From NCBI GenBank assembly GCA_963764715.1, contig CAVXTP010000022.1, forward strand, positions 544,001 to 608,000: 64,000 nucleotides of DNA, given 5' to 3'. The stretch is from an uncultured Acidobacteriota bacterium. Its GTDB lineage: Bacteria; Acidobacteriota; Thermoanaerobaculia; UBA5066; Gp7-AA6. Below the pieces are notes generated by a model, which saw only the letters and a program-made list of their open reading frames with translations, made no database searches and had not been told where the DNA came from. The translations under genes and the position numbers were made by a program. How positions within the stretch are numbered: the stretch's first letter is position 1; the number at the start of each line of letters is the position of its first letter. Shown piece by piece: positions 1-8,947 of this stretch.

Positions 1-1
1 C

Positions 2-106
2 AAGGCCGACAAGCCGGGCGTCTTCCCCTACTACTGCACGAATTTCTGCTCCGCCCTCCACCAGGAGATGCAGGGCTACCTCATCGTCAGGCCCAAAAAG
101 GGCTGA
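2..106 (+). CDS. nosZ: Nitrous oxide reductase, clade II (C-terminal CuA end; 5'-truncated by window)
   Basis: Frame from base 2 reads KADKPGVFPYYCTNFCSALHQEMQGYLIVRPKKG*; CxxFCSALHxEM is the CuA motif in its clade II form; followed by nosB/D/F/L/Y. Confidence 0.93.
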   Translation, partial: KADKPGVFPYYCTNFCSALHQEMQGYLIVRPKKG

Positions 107-119
107 CCCGTCCCGAGAA

Positions 120-152
120 CCGGGCGGCGGAACTCCTCCCCCCGCCGCCCGG
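120..152 (+). other. GC-rich hairpin between nosZ and nosB (mRNA-stabilising/attenuating stem)
   Basis: CCGGGCGGCGG(120-130)...CCGCCGCCCGG(142-152) perfect 11-bp stem; no U-tract. Confidence 0.5.
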
Positions 153-170
153 AACTCACAGGAGATCCCC

Positions 171-821
171 ATGAAGGCCATCCTCGAACGGAGCAACCGG
201 GCGCTCGAACTGCCGCTGGACCTGCTCCCGCGACTGCTGCTTCTGGTGGCCGCGCTGCTTCTCGTCCCGACTTACCTGATGCCGCTCTGGAAGCTGACGA
301 TGTTCGCGCCGCAGTACCCGGACGGCCTGCGCCTGAACATCCACAGCTACAAACTCGAGGGCGGCAACGCCGGCCAGGACGTCAAGGAAATCAACATCCT
401 CAATCACTACATCGGGATGAGGGACCTGACGACGGCCGACTTCACCGAATTCAAGTGGATGCCGTTCGTCATCGGCATGCTGGGACTCCTCTTCCTTCGC
501 GCCCTCTTTCACGGGAGAATCGGTGATCTGATCGACGTCGTCGTGCTGTACCTGTACTTCGGCCTCTTCTCGCTGTGGTCCTTTGGCTACAAGCTCTACT
601 CGTACGGCCACAACCTCGCGCCGACCGCGTCGGTGAAGGTCCCGCCCTTCATGCCTCCGCTCTTCGGGTACAAGAAGCTCGCCAACTTCGAGGTCTACTC
701 GTACCCCGCCGCCGCGTCTTACGCCCTCGCCGCCGTCGGCGTGGTCCTTCTCGCCGCCCTCGTGCTGGCCCGGCGCGAGGCCCGCCTCGAGGAGCACGAG
801 GACGCCCGGACGGCCGGATGA
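171..821 (+). CDS. nosB: NosB-like 4-TM membrane protein of clade II nos clusters
   Basis: PLW..APQYPDGL, EINILNHYIGM, YSYGHNL..PFMPPLFGYKKLANF motifs; directly after clade II nosZ; AGGAG RBS. Confidence 0.85.
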   Translation: MKAILERSNRALELPLDLLPRLLLLVAALLLVPTYLMPLWKLTMFAPQYPDGLRLNIHSYKLEGGNAGQDVKEINILNHYIGMRDLTTADFTEFKWMPFVIGMLGLLFLRALFHGRIGDLIDVVVLYLYFGLFSLWSFGYKLYSYGHNLAPTASVKVPPFMPPLFGYKKLANFEVYSYPAAASYALAAVGVVLLAALVLARREARLEEHEDARTAG

Positions 822-2173
822 TCCTGCCCGCCGTCGCCCTCCTCCTCGCCCTGTCCGCAGAGGAAATGACTTCCGCGACGGCGGCCTCCGTCGAGGGACG
901 TCCCGCCGCCGGCGCCGTCTCGCCCCTCCAGGGGCGTGTCGACGCGGCCCCCGCGGGGTCCGTCCTCGAGATCGGGCCCGGCACCTACCGCGGCGACCTC
1001 TACATCGATCGTTCCATCACGCTCTCGGGACGCGGCCGCCCGAGGCTTCTGGGCTCGGGCACGGGAAGCGTCGTCCGCATCCGCGCCGCCGGCGTCGTCG
1101 TCCAGGGGTTCGACGTCGACGGGGGCGGAGGCGGGGATCTCGGGCGGGACGCCTCGGGAATCCACGTCGCGGCGAAGAACGTCACCGTGCGCGACTGCCG
1201 AATCACCAACGCCCTCTTCGGCGTGTACCTGCGCGAGGCCGACGGGTCGGCCGTCGAGCGCACCTCGATCCGGGGGATCCCGGGCAAGGACCCGGGCGAG
1301 AAAGGCTCCGGTATCCACGTCTGGAACACGAACGGCTTCCGCCTCGTCGGCAACACGATCGTCGACGTCCGCGACGGCTTCTACATCCAGTCCTCCGCGC
1401 ACGGCGTCATCCGCGGCAACACGGCGCGGGACCTGCGCTACGGGCTGCATTACATGTTCACGGACGACAACCTCTTCGAGGACAACACGTTCGAGAACGG
1501 CGCCGCCGGCACGGCGATCATGTACTCGAAGCGCATCGTCTTCCGGCGCAACCGCTTCCTGCACAACCGGGGGTTCGCGTCCGTGGGACTGCTGTTCAAG
1601 GCCTGCGAGGACGTCACGGCCGAGTCGAACCTCATCGCCGACAACGCGCGGGGGATCTTTCTCGAGGGGTCCTATCGCAATCTCTTCAAGGACAACGTCA
1701 TCGCCGAGTCCGACGTCGCGATCGTCCTCTACGACTCGTGCGCCGACAACCGCTTCGTCGGGAATCTCTTCCTCGGCAACATGACGCCGCTGACGCTCGT
1801 GGGCCGCCGGACCGACACCCGGTTCGACGGCAACTACTGGTCGGGCAACGGCGAGCCCGACCTCGACGGCGACGGCCGTAGCGACCGGCCCTATCGCCTC
1901 TCCTCGGTCTTCGACCACTTCCGCGGGAACCTGACGGCGGCCGACCTCTTCACGTCGAGCCTCGCCGCGTCCGCCCTCTCGGCCGCCGAGCGGGCGTTCC
2001 CCGTCCTCGAGCCCGTGACGGTGGAAGACCGGTCGCCGCTCGCCCGGCCGCCCGTCCTGCCATCCGTCCCGCGCCCGCCCCTTGCCCCTCGCGGCCGCAA
2101 CGCCGGCGCCCTCGCCGCCTGCGCCGCCGCCGTCGTTCTCGGGAGCGTCGCCGTCTGGGAAGGCCGCCGATGA
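818..2173 (+). CDS. nosD: Nitrous oxide reductase maturation protein NosD (periplasmic beta-helix)
   Basis: ATG at 818 overlaps the nosB stop (ATGA); signal peptide; GIHVWN, RDGFY, LRYGLHYM, GNYWS..DLDGDGRSDRPY motifs. Confidence 0.93.
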   Translation: MILPAVALLLALSAEEMTSATAASVEGRPAAGAVSPLQGRVDAAPAGSVLEIGPGTYRGDLYIDRSITLSGRGRPRLLGSGTGSVVRIRAAGVVVQGFDVDGGGGGDLGRDASGIHVAAKNVTVRDCRITNALFGVYLREADGSAVERTSIRGIPGKDPGEKGSGIHVWNTNGFRLVGNTIVDVRDGFYIQSSAHGVIRGNTARDLRYGLHYMFTDDNLFEDNTFENGAAGTAIMYSKRIVFRRNRFLHNRGFASVGLLFKACEDVTAESNLIADNARGIFLEGSYRNLFKDNVIAESDVAIVLYDSCADNRFVGNLFLGNMTPLTLVGRRTDTRFDGNYWSGNGEPDLDGDGRSDRPYRLSSVFDHFRGNLTAADLFTSSLAASALSAAERAFPVLEPVTVEDRSPLARPPVLPSVPRPPLAPRGRNAGALAACAAAVVLGSVAVWEGRR

Positions 2174-3069
2174 TCCGGTTCAAGGACTTCTCGAAGACGT
2201 TCGGCGGGAATCGCGCCGTGGACGGAGTGACGTTCTCGGTCGAGCGCGGCGAGGCCGTCGCGCTCCTCGGGCCCAACGGCTCGGGCAAGACGACCACGCT
2301 GAAGGCCGCCGCCGGCCTCATCCGGCCGACGTCCGGCGAGGTTCGCGTGGGCGAGCCGCCCCGCTCGCCGCAGGAGCCCGAGGCGCGAAACGCCATCTCG
2401 TACCTCCCCCAGAAGGTCACGTTTCCGGAAGCCGTCACGGGCCGCGAGATCGTCGACTTCTATCGCCGGCTCCGCAACGTCGATCCCGTCCGGGTCGACG
2501 AGGTCTTCCACTTCGCCTCGTTGAACGGCGCCTCCGCGCGTCCGGTCGGCACTTACTCGGGCGGCATGCTGCAGCGCCTGGGTCTCGCGATCGCGGTCCT
2601 TCCCCAGGCGCCGATCCTGCTGCTCGACGAGCCGACCGCGGCCCTCGATCCCGACGGCCTCTGCGCGTTCTACGGCCTCGTCGAGCGGCGCCGCCGGGAA
2701 GGGCACACGCTGCTCTTCACGTCGCACCAGCTCGGCGACGTCGAGCGGCTCGCCGACCGTTTCGTGCTCCTCGTGGAGGGCCGCCTCGCGGCGTCGCTGA
2801 CCCAGCGCGAGCTCGCGGACCGCCTGTCGCAGCGCGGCGTCCTGCGCCTGCGCCTCGAGCGCCGCGTCCCGGGCCTCGTCGAGCAGCTCCGCGCATTTTC
2901 ACCGGCCGCCGTCTGGGCGGCGGGCGAGCTCGTCATCGCCGGCCCCGCGGCCGACCGTCCCCGGATCCTCGACGTCGTGCGCGCGGCGGGCGGGCAGATC
3001 GTCGGCCTCGCGGCCGAGGAGGGCCGGCTCGACCTTCTCTATCGCGAGCTCGTGCGAGGCGAGGCGTGA
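2170..3069 (+). CDS. nosF: ABC transporter ATPase NosF
   Basis: Walker A GPNGSGKTT, signature YSGGM, Walker B LLLDEP; follows nosD. Confidence 0.9.
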   Translation: MIRFKDFSKTFGGNRAVDGVTFSVERGEAVALLGPNGSGKTTTLKAAAGLIRPTSGEVRVGEPPRSPQEPEARNAISYLPQKVTFPEAVTGREIVDFYRRLRNVDPVRVDEVFHFASLNGASARPVGTYSGGMLQRLGLAIAVLPQAPILLLDEPTAALDPDGLCAFYGLVERRRREGHTLLFTSHQLGDVERLADRFVLLVEGRLAASLTQRELADRLSQRGVLRLRLERRVPGLVEQLRAFSPAAVWAAGELVIAGPAADRPRILDVVRAAGGQIVGLAAEEGRLDLLYRELVRGEA

Positions 3070-3527
3070 GAGCCCGAGGGCTCCTCGCCGCCCTCGCCAT
3101 GGTCCCGATGATCGCCTGTGCCGGCGGCGACCCGGCGCCGGCCGCCCTCGACACCCGCCACGAAACCTGCCGCTCGTGCCGGATGCCGGTTTCGGACCCG
3201 CATCTGGCGGCCCAGCTCACGGCCCCCGGCGAGGAACCGGCCTTCTTCGACGACATCGGCTGCCTGCGCGACTACGTTCGCGAGCACACGCCCGAGGCGG
3301 GGGCCGTCGCCTGGGTCGCCGATCACCGGACCGCCGGCTGGGTTCGAGCGGCCGCCGCGACGTATGCGCTCTGTCCGACGATCGAGACGCCGATGGGGTC
3401 GCACCTGATCGCCTGGGCCGACGCACCCTCGCGGCAGTCGGACTCCGCGGTGAAGAACTGTGCCTCGCGGTCCGCACCGGAAATCTTCGGAGCGAGCCCT
3501 CCCGACGGCCACAAGAGAGGCGGTTGA
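3066..3527 (+). CDS. nosL: Copper chaperone lipoprotein NosL
   Basis: GTG 3066 overlaps the nosF stop; lipobox MIAC; CRSCRM, FFDDIGC, TPMGS motifs. Confidence 0.9.
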   Translation: MRARGLLAALAMVPMIACAGGDPAPAALDTRHETCRSCRMPVSDPHLAAQLTAPGEEPAFFDDIGCLRDYVREHTPEAGAVAWVADHRTAGWVRAAAATYALCPTIETPMGSHLIAWADAPSRQSDSAVKNCASRSAPEIFGASPPDGHKRGG

Positions 3528-3529
3528 GA

Positions 3530-3979
3530 ATGGAAACCAAGATCCCCCAGTCGATCCAGATGGAGCACGAGGAGCTCCACGAGCAGCTTGCCCGCGCGAT
3601 CAAGGCGGGCGGGAAGACGGGCGAAGCGGCCCGCGCCGTCATGAAGGTGCTCCAGCCGCACATGGCGCGGGAAGAGGAGATCGTCGCGCCCTGTCTCGCC
3701 CTGCTCCGGCCGGCCGCCGAGGGCACGCTGACCGCGGAGATGGCCGAGGCCCTGTCGCGTGTCGCGCCCCTGAAGGCCGAGATGCCGCGCATGCTGGAGG
3801 AGCACGGTCGGATCGTGGACGCGCTGCGCGAGCTCATCCGGGTGGCCACCGAGGAGAACCAGCCCGGGTTCGCGAAGCTCGCCCAGATGCTCGTGGCCCA
3901 CGCCCAGGAAGAAGAGGAGATCCTCTACCCCGCCGCCATTCTGCTGGCGGAGGTTCTCAAGGCGAGGTTCGGCGCATGA
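3530..3979 (+). CDS. Hemerythrin/HHE cation-binding domain protein (cytoplasmic)
   Basis: METKIP...EHEELH...PHMAREEE...EEHGRI...AHAQEEEEILYP: repeated H..HxxxE pattern; no signal peptide. Confidence 0.8.
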   Translation: METKIPQSIQMEHEELHEQLARAIKAGGKTGEAARAVMKVLQPHMAREEEIVAPCLALLRPAAEGTLTAEMAEALSRVAPLKAEMPRMLEEHGRIVDALRELIRVATEENQPGFAKLAQMLVAHAQEEEEILYPAAILLAEVLKARFGA

Positions 3980-4821
3980 CCGCTCCCGACGCGAGGTCGG
4001 TCGTCCTTCTCTGCGCGCACCAGGAGCTGGTCCTCGCGGTCCGGTCGCGCTGGACCCAGATCTTCGCGGCCGTCTTCGCCGCGCTGTCGCTGGCGGTGGC
4101 CGCGTCCGGCTACGTGCTGTCGGGCGGCGCCGGATTGCAGGACTTCGCGAGGACCGCGGCCTCGCTCGTCCAGCTCGTTCTCCTCCTGACTCCCCTGACC
4201 TCGCTCGTGATCGGCGTCCTCGCGCTCGCCCCCGAGCGCGGCGCCGCGGAAATGCTCTTCTCGCAGCCGGTCTCGCGGCGCGCGATCCTGCTCGGCCGCC
4301 TCCTCGGCCTCTTCGCCGCCCTCGCCGCGGCGCAGGCGATCGGCCTCGGGGGAGCCGGCCTTCTCGTCTTCTCCCGCGCCGGAGGCACCGGGGCGGCCGG
4401 CTACGGCATCCTGTTCCTCGGCGCCCTCGTGCTGACCGCCGTCTTCCTCGGAATCGCCGCGCTGCTCGTCTCCGGAGGGGTCGGCCGACGCGCGAAGTCC
4501 CTCGCCGTCGCCCTGATCGTCTGGTTCGGCGCCGTCGTCCTCTTCGACGTCGCGGCCCTCGGTGTCGCGTCCCTGCTCGGCTCGACCGCCGCTTCGCGGC
4601 TTCTCATCGCGGCCGTGCTGGTCAATCCCATCGACGCTTTCCGCACGGGCGCCCTCCTCGCAATCCAGGGCACGACGGCGTTCGGCGGCGCGTCCCTCGC
4701 CCTCCTGCGATTCACGCGGGGCCCCGGCGGAGCCGCGGCGCTGCTCGGGCTGTCCGCGGTCCTCTGGCTCGTGCTGCCGGCGGCCTTCGCCGCCCGACGG
4801 CTCGAACGCGCCGACCTCTGA
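3976..4821 (+). CDS. nosY: ABC transporter permease NosY
   Basis: ATG 3976 overlaps the previous stop; multiple TM segments; ERGAAEMLFSQPVSR and NPIDAFR motifs. Confidence 0.87.
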   Translation: MTAPDARSVVLLCAHQELVLAVRSRWTQIFAAVFAALSLAVAASGYVLSGGAGLQDFARTAASLVQLVLLLTPLTSLVIGVLALAPERGAAEMLFSQPVSRRAILLGRLLGLFAALAAAQAIGLGGAGLLVFSRAGGTGAAGYGILFLGALVLTAVFLGIAALLVSGGVGRRAKSLAVALIVWFGAVVLFDVAALGVASLLGSTAASRLLIAAVLVNPIDAFRTGALLAIQGTTAFGGASLALLRFTRGPGGAAALLGLSAVLWLVLPAAFAARRLERADL

Positions 4822-4825
4822 GGTC

Positions 4826-5281
4826 CTAGATCCGCTCTTCGCGCCGGGTCGCGTGGAGGACCTGGCCGACGAGGATCAGCAGTCCGACGTCCCGCAGGAT
4901 CGCGAGCTTCATGTCGTTGAGGCGCTCGGCGTCGGTCTTCTGGACCTTCGCGGTGCCGAAGCAGCCGCAGTCGACGGGCCTCCCGCGCGCGAGGTTGATC
5001 GACAGGGCGACGATGAACACGAGGAGGAGGATCCCGAGAACCCGGGCCGCGGAACGCCTCGCGATCCCGAGGAAGAGGGCGATTCCCGCCACGACCTCGA
5101 GCCAGGGCAGGATGAGCGCCAGCGCGTTGACCGCCGCGCCGGGCAGGAGCCCGTAGTTGTGGATCTCGTGGGCGAAGCCGGGCGGGTCCGAGATCTTGAA
5201 GAAGCCGGCGACGGCGAAGAACGCCGCCAGCACGAACTGGACGCGGACCGTGAGCCAGGGCGAGGAAAGCCCGCCGCTCAA
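4826..5281 (-). CDS. MauE/DoxX-family membrane protein
   Basis: TTG start overlapping the rhodanese stop; KISDP..FA..I.NY, LPWLE, ARGRPVDCGCFG, RDVGL motifs. Confidence 0.82.
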   Translation of the reverse strand: MSGGLSSPWLTVRVQFVLAAFFAVAGFFKISDPPGFAHEIHNYGLLPGAAVNALALILPWLEVVAGIALFLGIARRSAARVLGILLLVFIVALSINLARGRPVDCGCFGTAKVQKTDAERLNDMKLAILRDVGLLILVGQVLHATRREERI

Positions 5282-5865
5282 GGCTCGGACCCCTTCGTGA
5301 CCGGCAGCCCGCGCTTGACCCAGTCCGGGTAGCCGTCCTTGTACACGAGGACGTTGTCGAAGCCGACCATGTAGAGCTTCTCGGAGAGCATGTGCGAGTC
5401 TTCGCAGGCGCCCCCGCTGCAGTAGACGACGATCGGCGCGCTCTGGTCGGTGCCCTCGGCGAAGTAGGCCTTGACCTTGTCGTCGATGTCCGACTCCCAG
5501 ACCGAGAACGGCCGGGCGCCCGCGACGTGGCCGTCGCGATAAACGCTCGTGCGCCGGGCGTCCAGGAAGGGCACGGTCTTGCGCGCGTAGAGCTCGGCCG
5601 CTTCCTCGCCCGAGATCTCGAGCCAGGCCTTGTCGGGATGGGGCGAGAACCCCTTGCCGGCCGCGGGCGCCCCGAGCGCGGTCGACGGCGCCGCCGGAGC
5701 GGCAGGAGTCGGCCTCGCGGTGACGGCGGACCCGGGCCTCTCGTAGGCCCCGATCCACTTGAGGCGGCGTTCGGGCCCCGCGAGGGCGTTGGAGATCGAA
5801 GCCGCGACGATCGACACGAGGACGAACCCCGCGGCCTCGACCCAGAACGGCGCCCGGCTTCTCAC
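5278..5865 (-). CDS. Membrane-anchored rhodanese-domain protein
   Basis: N-terminal TM segment; FLDAR, GHVAGA, active loop YCSGGACEDS, GYPDWVKRGLPV. Confidence 0.85.
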   Translation of the reverse strand: MRSRAPFWVEAAGFVLVSIVAASISNALAGPERRLKWIGAYERPGSAVTARPTPAAPAAPSTALGAPAAGKGFSPHPDKAWLEISGEEAAELYARKTVPFLDARRTSVYRDGHVAGARPFSVWESDIDDKVKAYFAEGTDQSAPIVVYCSGGACEDSHMLSEKLYMVGFDNVLVYKDGYPDWVKRGLPVTKGSEP

Positions 5866-5899
5866 CCCGGCATCTTAGCCGAGGCGGCCTTCCGTTCGG

Positions 5900-6604
5900 C
5901 TAGGAACCGTACCGCTGGATGCGGCGCACCAGCTCGTCCGCGCCGTCGTGGCCGAGCAGGTCGTCGACCGACGGATACAGGACGTGCTCCTCCTTGGCGT
6001 TGTGCTCGCCGAGCACGGCGTGGAAGCTCGCGCGGAGCGGCGCGACCTGCGCGGCGGCGTCCCCGATCCCGAGCTCGATCGCCTCGAGAAGCCGGAGGAT
6101 CTCCCGATGCTCGGCCCGCATCACGGCCGTGGGCCCGGCGGTCGGCGGCATTCCCGCGCCGGACTCGAACGCCGGAAAGAGCAGGTCCTCCTCGAAGCCG
6201 ATGTGGCGGCGAAGCCCGAAGGCGAACTCGGAGTACAGATCGAATGCCGTGGCGAGGTCGCCCTCGGCCCGCGCGCGGAAAGCGGCCGCCTCGAGGGCCT
6301 CGAGACGATCGTGGTCCCACGCCAGCGCTTCGTTCACTCCGCGGGCCGCGGCCCGGGACGCGTCGCTGCGCGCGATCTCGATCCGCCACGCCGGCGGTCC
6401 CGCCTGCAGGGGCGACCATTCGAACGTCCCCGGGCGAGCGGCCTGGAGCCGCCGGAGCAGCTCGCCGCCGGAATCGCCGCAGGTCAGGACGAACCGTTCC
6501 GCGGGACCGAGCGTGTCGAACCACGTGAGCAGCTCCGCCGCCGCATCCTCGGCCGACCGGCCGCGGACGTCGAGCGCGCGCTCCGCCGTCACCAGATGAG
6601 TCAT
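5900..6604 (-). CDS. DUF2249-like N-terminal domain fused to hemerythrin (HHE) domain
   Basis: ATG 6604 with GGAGGG RBS; LDVRG..FDTLGPAERFVL..FEWSPLQAGPPAWRIEIAR then DHDRLE, HIGFEEDLLFP, GPTAVMRAEH, HNAKEEHVLYP. Confidence 0.78.
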   Translation of the reverse strand: MTHLVTAERALDVRGRSAEDAAAELLTWFDTLGPAERFVLTCGDSGGELLRRLQAARPGTFEWSPLQAGPPAWRIEIARSDASRAAARGVNEALAWDHDRLEALEAAAFRARAEGDLATAFDLYSEFAFGLRRHIGFEEDLLFPAFESGAGMPPTAGPTAVMRAEHREILRLLEAIELGIGDAAAQVAPLRASFHAVLGEHNAKEEHVLYPSVDDLLGHDGADELVRRIQRYGS

Positions 6605-6671
6605 GGGACCTCCCTCCGGAGCGGCCCTCCGCCCCGCCGGGACAGGATCGCAGGCCGGCCGCCGCGGGCCT

Positions 6672-6685
6672 ATGACCGGGATCAT
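6672..6685. promoter_or_regulatory. CRP/FNR-family-like palindrome ATGAC-N4-ATCAT
   Basis: ATGACCGGGATCAT resembles TTGAT-N4-ATCAA; lies between divergent genes; sister copy at 17355. Confidence 0.55.
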
Positions 6686-6696
6686 CCCGGCGGGCC

Positions 6697-6711
6697 TGAT
6701 GCGTTTGCATC
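6697..6711. promoter_or_regulatory. Second candidate operator TGATGCGTTTGCATC (GATGC-N4-GCATC palindrome)
   Basis: 13/15 identical to 17405-17419. Confidence 0.5.
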
Positions 6712-6747
6712 TATGCGGACGCCGAATCGCGCCCGAGGCTAGCCCCA

Positions 6748-8472
6748 GTGACCCCGACCGATCCCGACCAGTCCGGGGCGCGTCTCGACGCGCTCGAGGC
6801 GAGAATCCGGCGCCTCGAGGAGGCCGTGCTCGGCTCCCGCGAGGCGGCGCCCGCGGCCCCTCCAGAGCCGATCGCCTGGGCCGAGCAGACGGGCGAACCG
6901 CTCCGCATTCTGCCCGCCTCGGCGGCGCCCCTCTTCCTCGACGTCCTGGCGCAGGTCGGCTGGAGCGTCCTGACCCTCGCCGGGGCCTTCCTCATCCGCG
7001 CCCTCACGGACCGCGGCACCGTGGCCACCACTCCGGGCGTCGGCTTCGGCCTCGCCTACGCCTTCGCCATCATGGTCCTCGCCGACCGCGCCGCCGCGCG
7101 CGGCAACCGGCTGACCGCCGCATTCCTCGGCTCCACCGCCGCCTTCATCGCCGACGCCATCGTCGCCGAAACGACGACGCGCTTCGCGATCTTCACGCCG
7201 GCCGGAGGCCTCGTGATCCTCGCCGCCGCGACGGCGATCGTTCTCGTCGTGGGCCGCCGCCACGACCTGCCCGCCCTCGACTGGACCGCGACGATCGCGT
7301 GCTGTGCGACCGCCGTGTTTCTCGCCCTGATGGCCGGAGTCCCCGCGCTCTCCGGCCTGCTGCTCCTGGCGCTCGCGTCCGCGACGACCTGGCTCGGGAT
7401 GAGCCGCTGGAGCTGGCGGATGCTGGGCTGGCTGCCCACCTTCTGCGCGGCGGGCCTCTCGATCTGGGCGACCGCCGACGTCCTCGGGGCGGGCCCGGCG
7501 GCCCCGGCGGACCGGGCCTCTCTCGCCATGCTCCTGGCCCTCGCCCTCGCGATCCTCTGGCCGGGGAGCGTCCTCCTGCACGCTCTCGCGGGGCGGGCGC
7601 AGATCGGCGGACTCGCGATCGTCCAGACGCTCCTCGCCCTGTCGGTCGGCCTCGGCGGCGTGCTGCGGCTCGCGGCCGTGCGCGGCGGCGGAGCGGCCGC
7701 CGTGGCCGCGGCCGCGACGGCGAGCGGCGCCGCGAGCTATCTCTTCGCGTTCCTGCGCGAGCGCGCTCCCGAGGCTCGCGCGAGCCGCATCTACTTCGCC
7801 TGGCTCGGCCTCGCCCTGACGGTCATCGGGAGCGGGGTCCTCCTGGCGGCGCCGGCCCCCGCCCTCGCGTGGTCGATCCTCTGCGTGGCGGCGGTCGTCC
7901 TCGGCCGGACCTTCGAGCCCGCGATCCTCCAGCCCCAGGGCGCGGTCTTCGCCGCCGTCGCGGCCGTCGGTTCGGGGTTGCTCGGCGCTTCGGTACGGGC
8001 CTTCACGGGCGCGCCGGCGCGTCTCGCGCTGCCGTCCCCGGCCGCTCTCGTCACCCTGGCGGCCGTGACCGCCGCCGCCGTGCTTCTGCTCGCCGAGGAG
8101 CCCGCCGCCGGCTCCTTCCCCGCGCTCGTCGCAACGCTGCTGTGCGCCGTCGGGATCGGCGGCATCGGCGTGGTGCTTCTCGACCGGCCCGCCCACGCCG
8201 TCCTGGCCTCGCCCCTGGCGGCGCTTCGGACCGTGATCATCTCCCTTTCGGCGTACGTGCTGGCGCGCCGATGGCGCTCGACCCGGCGGCCGGAGCTCCG
8301 CACCCTGGCGTACTTCGCCCTCGTCGCGGGCGGGCTCAAGCTGCTGTTCGAGGACCTCCCGGGCGGGACGCCGATGACGCTCTTCGTCGCCTTCGTGTTC
8401 TACGGAGGGGCGCTGCTGCTGATTCCGCGGCTCATGCGGACGGGCGCGCGCCTGCCCGCCTCCGCGCCCTGA
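6748..8472 (+). CDS. Polytopic membrane protein of unknown function (DUF2339-like)
   Basis: N-terminal coiled coil RLDALEARIRRLEE, then many hydrophobic helices; ends GGLKLLFEDLP..YGGALLLIP. Confidence 0.7.
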   Translation: MTPTDPDQSGARLDALEARIRRLEEAVLGSREAAPAAPPEPIAWAEQTGEPLRILPASAAPLFLDVLAQVGWSVLTLAGAFLIRALTDRGTVATTPGVGFGLAYAFAIMVLADRAAARGNRLTAAFLGSTAAFIADAIVAETTTRFAIFTPAGGLVILAAATAIVLVVGRRHDLPALDWTATIACCATAVFLALMAGVPALSGLLLLALASATTWLGMSRWSWRMLGWLPTFCAAGLSIWATADVLGAGPAAPADRASLAMLLALALAILWPGSVLLHALAGRAQIGGLAIVQTLLALSVGLGGVLRLAAVRGGGAAAVAAAATASGAASYLFAFLRERAPEARASRIYFAWLGLALTVIGSGVLLAAPAPALAWSILCVAAVVLGRTFEPAILQPQGAVFAAVAAVGSGLLGASVRAFTGAPARLALPSPAALVTLAAVTAAAVLLLAEEPAAGSFPALVATLLCAVGIGGIGVVLLDRPAHAVLASPLAALRTVIISLSAYVLARRWRSTRRPELRTLAYFALVAGGLKLLFEDLPGGTPMTLFVAFVFYGGALLLIPRLMRTGARLPASAP

Positions 8473-8479
8473 ACGGGTC

Positions 8480-8947
8480 TCAGCCCGCGTCGGTCCCGAG
8501 GCGGCGTTCCAGGACGAACCGGGGCGCCGGCGCAAATCCCTGGGTGCCGAGGAAGCGGCCGAGCTCGTGCTCGTCCCAGGCGACCTCCGTGCGCAGCCGC
8601 TCGATCCCGAGCGCCCGGAGATTGCGCGTGAGGTCCTCGACGAGGGCCGTCCCGACGCCGCGCCGCGCGTAGCCCGGGTCCACGAGGATCGTGTCGAGAA
8701 TGGCGATCGGTTCGGGCTGCCCGAACTCTCCGTAGTGCAGAGACCCGAGCACGGCGCCGACGAGGAAGCCCTCCATCTCGCAGCCCAGCGAGATCCGGAC
8801 GTCGGATTCCGCGAGCGCCCGCCGGAGCTTCCCTTCGTACCAGGCCGTGCGGTTTCGCCCGGTGAGCGCGTGGTCCATGCGGACCAGCCGCGGCAGGTCT
8901 TCGAGCGTGAGCGTGCGGACCTTCAGATCGTCGCGTTCGCCGTCCAT
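8480..8947 (-). CDS. GNAT-family acetyltransferase (BadL-like position at end of bcr operon)
   Basis: [13 protein letters not shown]...ILVDPGYARRGVGTAL (acetyl-CoA motif A)...FLGTQGF; GGAGG RBS; overlaps the bcrD end. Confidence 0.8.
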   Translation of the reverse strand: MDGERDDLKVRTLTLEDLPRLVRMDHALTGRNRTAWYEGKLRRALAESDVRISLGCEMEGFLVGAVLGSLHYGEFGQPEPIAILDTILVDPGYARRGVGTALVEDLTRNLRALGIERLRTEVAWDEHELGRFLGTQGFAPAPRFVLERRLGTDAG

